From a virus (lineage: Duplodnaviria; Heunggongvirae; Uroviricota; Caudoviricetes): a DNA stretch of 46,330 nt. The notes under the pieces were generated by a model. The model did not search any database, was not told where the DNA came from, and saw nothing but the letters and a program-made list of their open reading frames with translations. A program made the position numbers and the translations under genes. This document shows positions 11,820 through 21,256 of this stretch, in pieces. The stretch lies in IMG/VR virus record IMGVR_UViG_2541047733_000004; one strand, written 5' to 3'. Every line of letters starts with the position of its first letter. Position 1 is the stretch's first letter.

Positions 11820-12078
11820 TGCCAGTCTGTTCCATTTGGCTTCCAGCGTCCTGCTGACGGTTAAATAGTACGATATGTACTTTACAAGATCAATACAATT
11901 TGTTGTAAGTTGGCGTGGTTTTTTATAACGCTTTGTATTTAATAGTGTTGTTTTTTAGCGTGGATGTATTGCCTCGGCGATGTAAGGAGAGATCAGAATT
12001 GCGTGGTTTAGTGGGTTGCATCTATTTATTTTTCAATAAATATAATTGGTTATGTGTTTTTAGGTGGGCAAACGTGAG

Positions 12079-12108
12079 GCAAAGAAAACCCGGCGCTGAG
12101 GCCGGGTT
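12079..12108 (-). terminator. Rho-independent terminator ending the cI-cargo transcript
   Basis: Hairpin AACCCGGC-GCTGAG-GCCGGGTT followed on the minus strand by a U-run; directly after the stop of the 250-aa gene. Confidence 0.6.
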
Positions 12109-12111
12109 GTA

Positions 12112-12864
12112 TTATGCTGCAAGTCTCTTAACCCAAGTCTCTCTTTTGGAGAATGGTAGAACTTGGCTTGATTCATGGAAGAGTAAGGAGAGTTGTTGCA
12201 TTTGATCACCAATTGCTTCGCTGTCTATAACAACAAATCTGTTGTTATACTCCTCACTTGAAGCTTTAAGATCAATTAGTTTCCCAAGCAATGAGTAAGC
12301 ACTATTCCAGCTTCCTCCGTGTTTCACGCTTGATGTAAAAACGTATTTAGGTATGTCGGTTTTTATTGTTACAGGGACGGTAATTTGATGTCCACTCAAG
12401 CCATATACGTTTTCACGAAGAGAAAGTGCGTCTCTAAGCTCTGTGTGATATAGATAATCAATAACCATACTTTCAAACTTTTCAGCTTGAACTGGCTGAT
12501 ACCAGTCTAACGACAAAGTTGATGCGAGTATACCAGCTCTAATTATGTTCGATGTAATCGCACCGACATCCTTTTCTGTTGCCCAAGCAATGATTTCTCC
12601 TCGAGCATTGAGTTCTGCGCCTTCTTTAAGCAGTAATTGTCGTATCTCATCAAGTCGTTTTTTGGTAAGCGAGATCCCTCTTGCCTCCATATTCATTAAG
12701 GCATCGCATCTGTCACTAACTAAATACCTACCATTGACTTCACGGATAAAGGCACCGACATGCTCTCCATCATCACAGTAAGTGAATGGACTGATAATTC
12801 TCAAGGTCTTGCCTATTGGATGGCATTCGAAACCTAGTTGTGAGATCACTGTTGAGCACATCAT
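12112..12864 (-). CDS. Unknown protein, 250 aa; second gene of the rex-position cassette
   Basis: ORF whose ATG overlaps the upstream stop (ATGA); visibly AT-rich codon usage; no recognisable catalytic motif. Confidence 0.6.
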   Translation of the reverse strand: MMCSTVISQLGFECHPIGKTLRIISPFTYCDDGEHVGAFIREVNGRYLVSDRCDALMNMEARGISLTKKRLDEIRQLLLKEGAELNARGEIIAWATEKDVGAITSNIIRAGILASTLSLDWYQPVQAEKFESMVIDYLYHTELRDALSLRENVYGLSGHQITVPVTIKTDIPKYVFTSSVKHGGSWNSAYSLLGKLIDLKASSEEYNNRFVVIDSEAIGDQMQQLSLLFHESSQVLPFSKRETWVKRLAA

Positions 12865-13418
12865 ATTCCAAACCCCATTTGCCCCGACTCATCTTCAAGC
12901 GGTAAAGGTATTCTCCCAGAGTAAGTTATGTTCAGATGTTTACAGAAGTAATTCCAATACCCTACCAGGTCATCTGGGTTTATGTCATCTTCGATTGGAA
13001 ACGCTATTCTATCACTATAGTATCCAGCTTCTTCATAGTATACATGGTAGTGAGCACCGTAAATGATATCTTGGTACTTCGGATGATCGACCTTGTAACT
13101 ATTCGTGTGTTTGTCAAAGTGATAGGTATCTACCGCGAAAACCCTCTTGTTATGATAGAAAGCAATAATATTTATTTTAGGGTAAGAAATCGGGTCATCA
13201 GGTTCTGAATCCTGATCTGGTTTCCATTTCAGTTCAAACTTTAGCCCTTGTATAGGTATACAATCCTCATCCAAGGGGATGATATGGGCTTGTAGCCACA
13301 TATCAGAGCGACTTGGTTTCTGTTTCCATTTAACGCCAGAAAAGTTAACTATTTTTTTACAATAAAGTACTTTATCAACTTCTACTTGGCTTGGCTGATA
13401 ATCATCTATTTTTGCCAA
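12861..13418 (-). CDS. Unknown protein, 185 aa; first gene of the rex-position cassette
   Basis: ORF 39 nt downstream of the cI stop, same strand; apparent TTG start preceded by a GGGCGG-like RBS; AT-rich; acidic, Tyr/His-rich. Confidence 0.55.
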   Translation of the reverse strand: MAKIDDYQPSQVEVDKVLYCKKIVNFSGVKWKQKPSRSDMWLQAHIIPLDEDCIPIQGLKFELKWKPDQDSEPDDPISYPKINIIAFYHNKRVFAVDTYHFDKHTNSYKVDHPKYQDIIYGAHYHVYYEEAGYYSDRIAFPIEDDINPDDLVGYWNYFCKHLNITYSGRIPLPLEDESGQMGFGI

Positions 13419-13457
13419 TGTTTACCGCCCTGTAAATTGTAGATAAAAGTGGTTTCA

Positions 13458-14117
13458 TCACCCAAACGTCTCTTCAGGCCATTGGCTGGCGATAACTTTC
13501 CCCACAACGGAACAACTCTCATTGCATGGGATCATTGGGTATTGTGGGTTTAGTGGCTGTAGAAACACCTGACCGCTATCCCTGATCAGTTTCTTGAAGG
13601 TAAATTCATCACCACCAAGTCTGGCTATGCAGAAATCGCCGGGCTCAACAGCTTGCTCAGGGTCAACCAGAATTAACATCCCGTCAGGAAAGCTGGGTTT
13701 GGAACCTGTTGGTGCGGTCATTGAGTTACCTTCAACCTCAAGCCAGAATGCAGAGTCACTGGCTTTTTTGGTTGTGCTTACCAATCTCTCCGCATCGCCT
13801 TTGGTAAAGGTTCTGAGTTCTGGAGAGAACATCCCAGCCTGAACATGAGAAAAAACAGGGTACTCATATTGTTTTTTAACTGGGGCCGATGAGTATTCGC
13901 CAACAGGTGAAAATGTCCCGTCGTGGTTGAATGATATGTTATCAATACCAAGGTATTTAAACACCACACCAATATCACTAAGAGATGGATGACGAGATCC
14001 GCGCAACCAGTGTCCAATCCCACCCTGCGTCATACCTAGCTCTTCGGCTAACTTCTCTTGAGTTATGCCGAGCTCTTTCATTCTGGATCTAGCCAGTTCA
14101 TACCATTTCATTTTCAT
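13458..14117 (-). CDS. cI: CI-type prophage repressor (lambda-like C-terminal domain, different N-terminal HTH)
   Basis: C-terminal 130 aa near-identical to lambda CI ([22 protein letters not shown]...[12 protein letters not shown]...[10 protein letters not shown]); N-terminal HTH domain differs; likely start MKMKW at 14117. Confidence 0.9.
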   Translation of the reverse strand: MKMKWYELARSRMKELGITQEKLAEELGMTQGGIGHWLRGSRHPSLSDIGVVFKYLGIDNISFNHDGTFSPVGEYSSAPVKKQYEYPVFSHVQAGMFSPELRTFTKGDAERLVSTTKKASDSAFWLEVEGNSMTAPTGSKPSFPDGMLILVDPEQAVEPGDFCIARLGGDEFTFKKLIRDSGQVFLQPLNPQYPMIPCNESCSVVGKVIASQWPEETFG

Positions 14118-14228
14118 GTCCTTATTATTACGCTCTGTACTGGAACCATCCATGCACAATGTGTATTTTTACTTGTATTCGCAAAGTACATATTGTATTT
14201 TTTTATTCGTGTTTACTATGGAGGGCAT
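14118..14228. promoter_or_regulatory. Right operator region (OR, divergent pRM and pR)
   Basis: Divergent cI/cro intergenic region with imperfect dyads (e.g. TGTATTCGCAAAGTACA); individual operators not resolved. Confidence 0.6.
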
Positions 14229-14444
14229 ATGAGCAACCTACGAAAATATCGAGAGTCACTGAATATCTCTCAAACAACACTTGCTAAGGCAGTTGGATGC
14301 ACACAGGGAGCTATCGGACATTGGGAATCTGGTCGTCGCTTCCCAGACCTTAAAACATGCCGTGCTCTTGTTGCGTGCCTAAACAAGTTAGGCGCAAAAG
14401 TCAGTCTTGATGACGTGTTCCCGCCGGAACACAAAGCCGCTTAA
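14229..14444 (+). CDS. cro: Cro-like HTH repressor
   Basis: 71 aa, MSNLRKYRESLNISQTTLAKAVGCTQGAIGHWESG..., HTH_XRE motif; first gene rightward of OR. Confidence 0.8.
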   Translation: MSNLRKYRESLNISQTTLAKAVGCTQGAIGHWESGRRFPDLKTCRALVACLNKLGAKVSLDDVFPPEHKAA

Positions 14445-14454
14445 TAAGCGGATC

Positions 14455-14500
14455 CGCTCTTTGTAACAACGGACATTCGTCCTACGTCGCTGAAAAGCGA
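14455..14500 (+). promoter_or_regulatory. nutR (boxA CGCTCTTTGTAACAA, boxB hairpin TCGCTGAAAAGCGA)
   Basis: boxA consensus match and a GAAAA-loop hairpin immediately downstream of cro; paired with the nutL candidate. Confidence 0.65.
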
Positions 14501-14585
14501 GTTCCAAGATATCTGACCAACTAAGGCCATATGCGTTTCCACGCATACCTTTCAACTAACTATTCACTATTGGAAATCTTAAGAA

Positions 14586-14882
14586 ATGGAAAGAACAAGT
14601 TACAGCAAACTATCACAGCGTGACGTTGATCGCGCAGAAACAGATTTACTTATCAATCTGTCAGCTATTACCCAGCGCGGTCTGGCAAAGATGATTGGCT
14701 GTCATGAATCGAAGATAAGCAGAACGGACTGGAGATTTATTGCTTCGGTCTTGTGTGCTTTCGGAATGGCATCAGACATCAGTCCGATTAGCAGGGCTTT
14801 TAAGTATGCGCTTGATGGACTCACCAATAAAAAACGCCCGGCGGCAACCGAGCGTTCTGAACAAATCCAGATGGAATTCTGA
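14586..14882 (+). CDS. cII: CII transcriptional activator (hybrid, lambda-like C-terminus)
   Basis: 98 aa; C-terminus ...LTNKKRPAATERSEQIQMEF matches lambda CII; N-terminal HTH region differs. Confidence 0.85.
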   Translation: MERTSYSKLSQRDVDRAETDLLINLSAITQRGLAKMIGCHESKISRTDWRFIASVLCAFGMASDISPISRAFKYALDGLTNKKRPAATERSEQIQMEF

Positions 14883-14914
14883 GGTCATTACTGGATCAAT
14901 CCACAGGAGTCATT

Positions 14915-15814
14915 ATGACAAATACAGCAAAAATACTCAACTTCTGCAGAGGTAACTTTGCCAAACAGGAGCGTAATGTGGCAGATCTCGATGATGGTTA
15001 CGCCAGACTATCAAATATGCTGCTTGAGGCTTATTCAGGCGCAGATCTGACCAAGCGACAGTTTAAAGTGCTGCTTGCCATTCTGCGTAAAACCTATGGA
15101 TGGAATAAACCAATGGACAGAATCACCGATTCTCAACTTAGCGAGATTACAAAGTTACCCGTCAAACGGTGCAATGAAGCCAAGTTAGAACTCGTCAGAA
15201 TGAATATTATCAAGCAGCAAGGCGGCATGTTTGGACCAAATAAAAACATCTCAGAATGGTGTATCCCTCAAAACGAGGGAAAATCCCCTAAAACGAGGGA
15301 TAAAACATCCCTCAAATTGGGGGATTGCTATCCCTCAAAACAGGGGGACACAAAAGACACTATTACAAAAGAAAAAAGAAAAGATTATTCGTCAGAGAAT
15401 TCTGGCGAATCCTCTGACCAGCCAGAAAACGACCTTTCTGTGGTGAAACCGGATGCTGCAATTCAGAGCGGCAGCAAGTGGGGGACAGCAGAAGACCTGA
15501 CCGCCGCAGAATGGATGTTTGACATGGTGAAGACCATCGCGCCATCAGCCAGAAAACCGAATTTTGCAGGGTGGGCTAACGATATCCGCCTGATGCGTGA
15601 ACGTGACGGACGTAACCATCGCGACATGTGTGTACTGTTCCGCTGGGCATGCCAGGACAACTTCTGGTCCGGTAACGTGCTGAGCCCGGCCAAACTCCGC
15701 GACAAGTGGACCCAGCTCGAAATCAACCGTAACAAGCAACAGGCAGGTGTGACAGCCTGCAAACCAAAACTCGACCTGACAAACACTGACTGGATTTACG
15801 GGGTGGATTTATGA
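14915..15814 (+). CDS. O: Replication initiator O
   Basis: 299 aa, near-identical to lambda O (MTNTAKILNF...); contains the origin iterons. Confidence 0.95.
   Translation: MTNTAKILNFCRGNFAKQERNVADLDDGYARLSNMLLEAYSGADLTKRQFKVLLAILRKTYGWNKPMDRITDSQLSEITKLPVKRCNEAKLELVRMNIIKQQGGMFGPNKNISEWCIPQNEGKSPKTRDKTSLKLGDCYPSKQGDTKDTITKEKRKDYSSENSGESSDQPENDLSVVKPDAAIQSGSKWGTAEDLTAAEWMFDMVKTIAPSARKPNFAGWANDIRLMRERDGRNHRDMCVLFRWACQDNFWSGNVLSPAKLRDKWTQLEINRNKQQAGVTACKPKLDLTNTDWIYGVDL
15263..15430 (+). repeat. Lambda-type origin: four about 18-bp iterons plus adjacent AT-rich region, inside O
   Basis: ATCCCTCAAAACGAGGGA, ATCCCCTAAAACGAGGGA, ATCCCTCAAATTGGGGGA, ATCCCTCAAAACAGGGGGA, followed by an A-rich tract. 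Confidence 0.9.
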
Positions 15815-16512
15815 AAAACATCGCCGCACAGATGGTTAATTTTGACCGTGAGCAGATGCGTCGGATCGCCAACAACATGCCGGAACAGTACGACGAAAAG
15901 CCGCAGGTACAGCAGGTAGCGCAGATAATCAACGGTGTATTCAGCCAGTTACTGGCAACTTTCCCGGCGAGCCTGGCTAATCGTGACCAGAACGAACTGA
16001 ACGAAATCCGCCGCCAGTGGGTTCTGGCTTTCCGGGAAAACGGGATCACCACGATGGAACAGGTGAGCGCCGGAATGCGTGTTGCCCGTCGGCAGAATAG
16101 ACCATTTCTGCCATCACCCGGGCAGTTTGTTGCATGGTGCCGGGAAGAAGCATCCGTTACCGCCGGGCTGCCAAACGTCAGCGAGCTGGTTGATATGGTT
16201 TACGAGTATTGCCGGAAGCGTGGTCTGTATCCGGATGCAGAGTCTTATCCGTGGAAATCAAACGCGCACTACTGGCTGGTTACCAACCTGTATCAGAACA
16301 TGCGGGCCAATGCGTTGACTGACGCGGAATTACGGCGCAAGGCTGCCGATGAACTGTCCTGTATGACCGCGCGAATTAACCGTGGTGAGGCGATACCTGA
16401 ACCAGTAAAACAACTTCCTGTCATGGGCGGTAGACCTCTAAATCGTGCACAGGCTCTGGCGAAGATCGCAGAAATCAAAGCTAAGTTTGGGCTGAAAGGA
16501 GCAATTGTATGA
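15811..16512 (+). CDS. P: Replication protein P (DnaB helicase loader)
   Basis: 233 aa, near-identical to lambda P. Confidence 0.95.
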   Translation: MKNIAAQMVNFDREQMRRIANNMPEQYDEKPQVQQVAQIINGVFSQLLATFPASLANRDQNELNEIRRQWVLAFRENGITTMEQVSAGMRVARRQNRPFLPSPGQFVAWCREEASVTAGLPNVSELVDMVYEYCRKRGLYPDAESYPWKSNAHYWLVTNLYQNMRANALTDAELRRKAADELSCMTARINRGEAIPEPVKQLPVMGGRPLNRAQALAKIAEIKAKFGLKGAIV

Positions 16513-16799
16513 CGGGCAAAGAGGCAATTATTCATTACTTGGGGACTCATAAGAACTTCTGTGCGCAGGACGTTGCCGCGGTAACAGGTGCAACCGTAAC
16601 CAGCATAAATCAGGCTGCGGCTAAAATGCCGCGGGCAGGAATCCTGGTCGTTGATGGTAAGGTCTGGCGAACGGTGTATTATCGGTTCGCTACCAGAGAA
16701 GAATGGGAAGGAAAGGTGAGCACGAATTTGATTTTTAAGGAGTGTCGCCAGAGTGCCACGATGAAACGGATATTGGCGGTATATGGAGTTAAAAGATGA
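16509..16799 (+). CDS. ren: Ren
   Basis: 96 aa, matches lambda Ren (MTGKEAIIHYLGTHKNFCAQDVAAVTGATVTSINQAAAKM...). Confidence 0.9.
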   Translation: MTGKEAIIHYLGTHKNFCAQDVAAVTGATVTSINQAAAKMPRAGILVVDGKVWRTVYYRFATREEWEGKVSTNLIFKECRQSATMKRILAVYGVKR

Positions 16800-16872
16800 C
16801 CATCTACATCACTGAGCTAATAACAGGCCTGCAGGTAATCGCAGGCCTTTTTATTTGGGGGAGAGGGAAGTC

Positions 16873-17313
16873 ATGAAAAAACTAACCTTTGAAATTCGAT
16901 CTCCGGCACATCAGCAAAACGCTATTCACGCAGTACAGCAAATCCTTCCAGACCCAACCAAACCAATCGTAGTAACCATTCAGGAACGCAACCGCAGCTT
17001 AGACCAAAACAGGAAGCTATGGGCCTGCTTAGGTGACGTCTCTCGTCAGGTTGAATGGCATGGTCGCTGGCTGGATGCAGAAAGCTGGAAGTGTGTGTTT
17101 ACCGCAGCATTAAAGCAGCAGGATGTTGTTCCTAACCTTGCCGGGAATGGCTTTGTGGTAATAGGCCAGTCAACCAGCAGGATGCGTGTAAGCGAATTTG
17201 CGGAGCTATTAGAGCTTATACAGGCATTCGGTACAGAGCGTGGCGTTAAGTGGTCAGACGAAGCGCGACTGGCTCTCGAATGGAAAGCGCGATGGGGAGA
17301 TCGGGCTGCATGA
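16873..17313 (+). CDS. ninB: NinB (Orf recombination mediator)
   Basis: MKKLTFEIRSPAHQQNAIHAVQQ... matches lambda NinB; ATG at 16873 inside track ORF 16855..17313. Confidence 0.9.
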   Translation: MKKLTFEIRSPAHQQNAIHAVQQILPDPTKPIVVTIQERNRSLDQNRKLWACLGDVSRQVEWHGRWLDAESWKCVFTAALKQQDVVPNLAGNGFVVIGQSTSRMRVSEFAELLELIQAFGTERGVKWSDEARLALEWKARWGDRAA

Positions 17314-17837
17314 CTATCAAATCAAATACGCCAGCACACGACAAGGACTGCTGGCAAACGCCGCTTTGGCTTTTTGATGCACTGGATATTGAGTTTGGAT
17401 TCTGGCTGGATTCGGCAGCGAGCGACAAAAATGCTCTGTGCGCTCACTGGCTAACTGAGGACGACGACGCGCTCAATTCTGAGTGGGTAAGCCACGGTGC
17501 AATCTGGAATAACCCACCGTACAGCAATATCAGGCCGTGGGTGGAAAAAGCCGCTGAGCAGTGTATACAACAGCGACAGACGGTAGTGATGCTTGTGCCA
17601 GAGGATATGTCTGTCGGATGGTTCAGCAAGGCTCTGGAGAGTGTTGACGAAGTTCGTATTATCACTGATGGACGGATTAATTTTATCGAACCATCGACAG
17701 GGCTGGAGAAGAAGGGAAACAGCAAAGGCTCCATGCTGCTGATTTGGCGACCGTTCATCAGTCCTCGACGGATGTTTACTACCGTATCCAAAGCGGCATT
17801 GATGGCGATCGGGCAGGGCGTCAGGAGGGCTGCATGA
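17310..17837 (+). CDS. Phage DNA N6-adenine methyltransferase
   Basis: NPPY catalytic motif ([13 protein letters not shown]); start [11 protein letters not shown] overlaps the ninB stop (ATGA); nin-region position as in several lambdoid and Stx phages. Confidence 0.8.
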   Translation: MTIKSNTPAHDKDCWQTPLWLFDALDIEFGFWLDSAASDKNALCAHWLTEDDDALNSEWVSHGAIWNNPPYSNIRPWVEKAAEQCIQQRQTVVMLVPEDMSVGWFSKALESVDEVRIITDGRINFIEPSTGLEKKGNSKGSMLLIWRPFISPRRMFTTVSKAALMAIGQGVRRAA

Positions 17838-18010
17838 GACGACAGCGACGAAGCATCACCGACATAATCTGCGAAAACTGCAAATACCTTCCAACGAAAC
17901 GCTCCAGAAATAAACGCAAGCTAATCCCAAAAGAATCTGACGTAAAAACCTTCAATTACACAGCCCACCTGTGGGATATCCGGTGGCTAAGATATCGTGC
18001 GAGGAAATGA
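17834..18010 (+). CDS. ninE: NinE
   Basis: [23 protein letters not shown]...[13 protein letters not shown] matches lambda NinE; ATGA overlap with the methyltransferase. Confidence 0.8.
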   Translation: MRRQRRSITDIICENCKYLPTKRSRNKRKLIPKESDVKTFNYTAHLWDIRWLRYRARK

Positions 18011-18354
18011 CAATGGATTATTCACAGTTAAGTGATTTTGAAATTAACAGAATGGTAGGAGACATAATTTTTAAAGGCCTTTGGGCAAGTAAACCGGAAA
18101 CATCAGGGAATAACACCAACAAATGGTATTACGGAAATGCTGATACAACTTTTGAGCCATTAAATCATTTGCCTGACTACTGCAATGATCCGAGCGCTTC
18201 ATGGCCGATTATTGAGAAATACAGGATTTCTATCTTAGACCAGTTAACTGAATGGTGTGTGGATGCAAAAGGCGTAAGCCCAATATTTGATACCAGACCT
18301 CTCCGCGCCGCCATGATTGTCTTTCTCCTGATGCAGGAGGCCAATAATGCTTAG
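18007..18354 (+). CDS. NinX-like nin-region protein
   Basis: About 115-aa ORF whose start overlaps the ninE stop; family assignment from memory, tentative. Confidence 0.5.
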   Translation: MTMDYSQLSDFEINRMVGDIIFKGLWASKPETSGNNTNKWYYGNADTTFEPLNHLPDYCNDPSASWPIIEKYRISILDQLTEWCVDAKGVSPIFDTRPLRAAMIVFLLMQEANNA

Positions 18355-18541
18355 CCCATCTCAATCCCTTCAATACCTGAAAGAAAGCATAGAGCGGGCT
18401 TCAATGTGCACAGAGTGGATTCTATCTAGGTTTAGCGCATACAGAAGATTGCCGGTAAAGGGCATGCCAAGCAAGTCGATGCTGCATATGCAAAAGAATG
18501 CGCGCTGGAAGGTATGGCGAGAACACAGGTTATGTGGCTGA
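18347..18541 (+). CDS. ninF: NinF-like protein
   Basis: 64 aa; N-terminus [18 protein letters not shown] resembles lambda NinF, C-terminus diverges. Confidence 0.55.
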   Translation: MLSPSQSLQYLKESIERASMCTEWILSRFSAYRRLPVKGMPSKSMLHMQKNARWKVWREHRLCG

Positions 18542-18560
18542 AAGAGGGGGTTATTAAGGC

Positions 18561-18923
18561 GTGAATACCTACAGCATCACATTACCCTGGCCTCCGAGCA
18601 ATAATCGCTATTACCGCCATAATCGCGGGCGCACGCACGTCAGCGCAGAGGGGCAGGCATACCGCGATAACGTCGCCCGAATCATTAAAAACGCAATGCT
18701 GGATATCGGCCTGGCTATGCCTGTGAAAATCCGCATTGAGTGCCACATGCCGGATCGCCGTCGCCGTGACCTGGATAATCTGCAAAAAGCCGCTTTTGAC
18801 GCACTCACTAAAGCAGGTTTCTGGCTGGATGATGCTCAGGTCGTTGATTACCGCGTTGTGAAGATGCCTGTTACCAAAGGTGGGAGGCTGGAACTGACCA
18901 TCACCGAAATGGGGAATGAATGA
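18561..18923 (+). CDS. rusA: RusA Holliday-junction resolvase
   Basis: 120 aa with RusA-family motifs ([21 protein letters not shown]); usual position upstream of Q. Confidence 0.85.
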   Translation: MNTYSITLPWPPSNNRYYRHNRGRTHVSAEGQAYRDNVARIIKNAMLDIGLAMPVKIRIECHMPDRRRRDLDNLQKAAFDALTKAGFWLDDAQVVDYRVVKMPVTKGGRLELTITEMGNE

Positions 18924-19060
18924 TGTTTGAGTTTAATATGGCAGAACTTCTTCGCCACCGCTGGGGGCGTCTGCGCTTATATCGTTTCCTCGGTTCTGTT
19001 TTGACCGATTACCGAATACTGAAGAATTACGCCAAAACCCTGACAGGAACAGGAGTATGA
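18920..19060 (+). CDS. Possible small protein (46 aa) between rusA and Q
   Basis: Hand-read [49 protein letters not shown] overlapping the rusA stop; below the track cutoff. Confidence 0.3.
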   Translation: MMFEFNMAELLRHRWGRLRLYRFLGSVLTDYRILKNYAKTLTGTGV

Positions 19061-19145
19061 AGTCAGAGATAACAATCAACTAATACTGTTTTGTTGATTT
19101 TTGCTTGTAATTGGCGTTCTGGTCTGATTTTTGTGGAGTAAGTTG

Positions 19146-19529
19146 ATGCGTGATATTCAGATGGTTCTTGAGCGTTGGGGGGCGTGGGCGGCTAATAATC
19201 ATGAAGATGTGACCTGGTCGTCCATTGCCGCCGGTTTTAAGGGATTAATTCCTTCAAAAGTAAAATCTCGCCCGCAATGTTGTGACGATGACGCGATGAT
19301 CATTTGCGGGTGCATGGCCCGTCTGAAAAAGAACAACAGCGATTTACACGATTTATTAGTAGATTATTATGTATGTGGTATGACATTCATGTCACTGGCA
19401 AGTAAGCATTGCTGCTCGGATGGTTATATCGGGAAAAGGTTACAGAAGGCTGAGGGCATAATTGAAGGGATGTTAATGGCATTAGATATCCGGTTAGATA
19501 TGGATATCGTTGCTAATAATTCTAATTGA
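19146..19529 (+). CDS. Q: Late-gene antiterminator Q (QuuD/DLP12-type)
   Basis: [33 protein letters not shown]...[16 protein letters not shown] closely resembles E. coli QuuD; Cys cluster. Confidence 0.85.
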   Translation: MRDIQMVLERWGAWAANNHEDVTWSSIAAGFKGLIPSKVKSRPQCCDDDAMIICGCMARLKKNNSDLHDLLVDYYVCGMTFMSLASKHCCSDGYIGKRLQKAEGIIEGMLMALDIRLDMDIVANNSN

Positions 19530-19550
19530 TATGCAATTGTTTACTAAAAG

Positions 19551-19580
19551 TTATTAAAAATGGGGCGTGGAAACGCCCCC
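19551..19580 (-). terminator. Candidate minus-strand intrinsic terminator downstream of the porin gene
   Basis: Hairpin GGGGCG-TGGAAA-CGCCCC followed on the minus strand by a U-run. Confidence 0.45.
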
Positions 19581-19666
19581 AAAATAAAGGGTAATATATA
19601 ACAGAAGGTTTATATAGTAAGAAGCAAGGTAGTGCTTCTAAAGGAAGTGGCTTGAGGGCTCCACTT

Positions 19667-19706
19667 ATATGTTGCGGAGGCAAAGCCTCCCGCAACATAT
19701 CTTTTT
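19667..19706 (+). terminator. Candidate plus-strand intrinsic terminator downstream of Q
   Basis: Long hairpin ATATGTTGCGGAGG-CAAAG-CCTCCCGCAACATAT followed by CTTTTT. Confidence 0.6.
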
Positions 19707-19717
19707 CGTAAGTCAGA

Positions 19718-20800
19718 TTAGAACTGATAAACCAGACCTACAGCGACGATGTCGTCGGTATCAATACCAGCTGTTTTGGTAAACTTACTATCGTCAATTA
19801 AGTTGATTTTGTAATCAACAAAAGTGGACATGTTTTTATTAAAGTAGTAAGTAGCACCGACATCGACATACTTGACTAAGTCTCGGTCACCATGAACACC
19901 AAGGTCTTTACCTTTTGACTGAAGGTAAGCAACAGATGGACGCAGACCGAAGTCAAACTGATATTGTGCTACTGCTTCAAAGTTTTGTGCTTTGTTTGCA
20001 ATATGGTTATTACCAAAAACGGTCATATTCTGAGTTTCAGAATATGTGGTAGCCAGATAGATATTGTTCGCATCATATTTCAGGCCTGCAGCCCATACTT
20101 CCGCATTTTTGCCGGAGGCATTGAATTTGCTCTTACCATAGGCGACCTGACCGTCAGTGCGATCTGATTTAGCATAGGTTGCACCCACGCCGAATCCTTC
20201 ATACTCATAAGTAGTGGAGAAACCGAAACCATCACCATTGGCTTCAGTTACGTCAGTGCGGTCATTTTTACCCTGATACTGAGCAGCAAAGTTCAGGCCA
20301 TCGACCAGACCAAAGAAGTCGTTGTTACGATAAGTTGCAACACCAGTAGTGCGACCAGTCATGAACACATCTGTTTGGGTCCAGGTATCACCACCGAATT
20401 CTGGCAGAACGTCAGTCCACGCACCGATGTCGTATGCTACACCGTAGTTACGGCCGTAATCGATTGAGCCGTAATCACCAAATTTCAGGCCTGCAAATGC
20501 AAGACGGGTTTTGTCTTTGGAAGAACCTTGAGATTCAGCACGGTTGCCTTTGAATTCATATTCCCACTGACCGAAACCAGTCAGTTGATCGTTGATTTGG
20601 GTTTCACCTTTGAAGCCAAGACGGGCATAAGTAGTATCACCATCATCTGCATCATTAGAGGAGAAGTAGTGCTTGGCATTAACTTTCCCGTATAGATCCA
20701 GCTTGTTACTGTCTTTATTATAAATTTCAGCTGCCTGAGCAGACATCGCCATCAGTACTGATGCAGCTACAGCAGAAATTGCCACTGTTAATTTTTTCAT
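19718..20800 (-). CDS. nmpC: OmpC-family outer-membrane porin (NmpC/Lc-type), apparently intact
   Basis: About 360 aa from [23 protein letters not shown] (signal peptide) to the terminal ...VGLVYQF aromatic residue; porin motifs; AT-rich promoter region upstream; same Q-to-lysis position as nmpC in DLP12. Confidence 0.9.
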   Translation of the reverse strand: MKKLTVAISAVAASVLMAMSAQAAEIYNKDSNKLDLYGKVNAKHYFSSNDADDGDTTYARLGFKGETQINDQLTGFGQWEYEFKGNRAESQGSSKDKTRLAFAGLKFGDYGSIDYGRNYGVAYDIGAWTDVLPEFGGDTWTQTDVFMTGRTTGVATYRNNDFFGLVDGLNFAAQYQGKNDRTDVTEANGDGFGFSTTYEYEGFGVGATYAKSDRTDGQVAYGKSKFNASGKNAEVWAAGLKYDANNIYLATTYSETQNMTVFGNNHIANKAQNFEAVAQYQFDFGLRPSVAYLQSKGKDLGVHGDRDLVKYVDVGATYYFNKNMSTFVDYKINLIDDSKFTKTAGIDTDDIVAVGLVYQF

Positions 20801-21226
20801 TGTACGCCCTTTTTTTGAACTATTATTAAAAAATGATGTCACTGCGCGATAAATATTCATCTAATCAATGTGATTATTTCAAGATGTAAGTTTTAGTTTC
20901 TCATTTAATTTGTGAAGTAGATCTCTATTTTTATCTGAACCTTTTCTATCTAATCCTATTCATGGCTCTTGTCTGAACAAAAATAAATCTATTAGCTAAT
21001 TTATATTAATGGCACTTATTTATAAGTGCTCTATAATTCTTTAGCTTAATTTAAACAAACTAAAAATAACATCGGAAATTATTAACTGGTTATTTGTTGA
21101 AGTTTTCTTATGCATTTGTGGTGGTGTTTTGAACACTCGGTGGCATTCTCACAAATATCATTTAGTAGTTTACGTACGTAAAAAATTGGTTATGCTGTTA
21201 AGAGTGGTTACTTCGTCACACAGCTT

Positions 21227-21256
21227 AAACCCGCCGTCGAGCGGGTTTTTCCATTT
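21227..21256 (+). terminator. Candidate intrinsic terminator upstream of the lysis genes
   Basis: Hairpin CCCGC-CGTCGA-GCGGG followed by TTTTTCCATTTTTT. Confidence 0.55.

Noticed and set aside
11915-12205. 96-aa plus-strand ORF spanning the OL/pL region and the terminator
   Set aside because: Lies across the predicted pL/operator region and the cassette terminator; AT-rich, no RBS; more likely regulatory DNA.
14058-14228. N-terminal extension of the cro ORF (track ORF 14058..14444)
   Set aside because: The extension runs through the OR operator/promoter region and overlaps cI; cro most plausibly starts at the ATG at 14229, preceded by GGAGGG.
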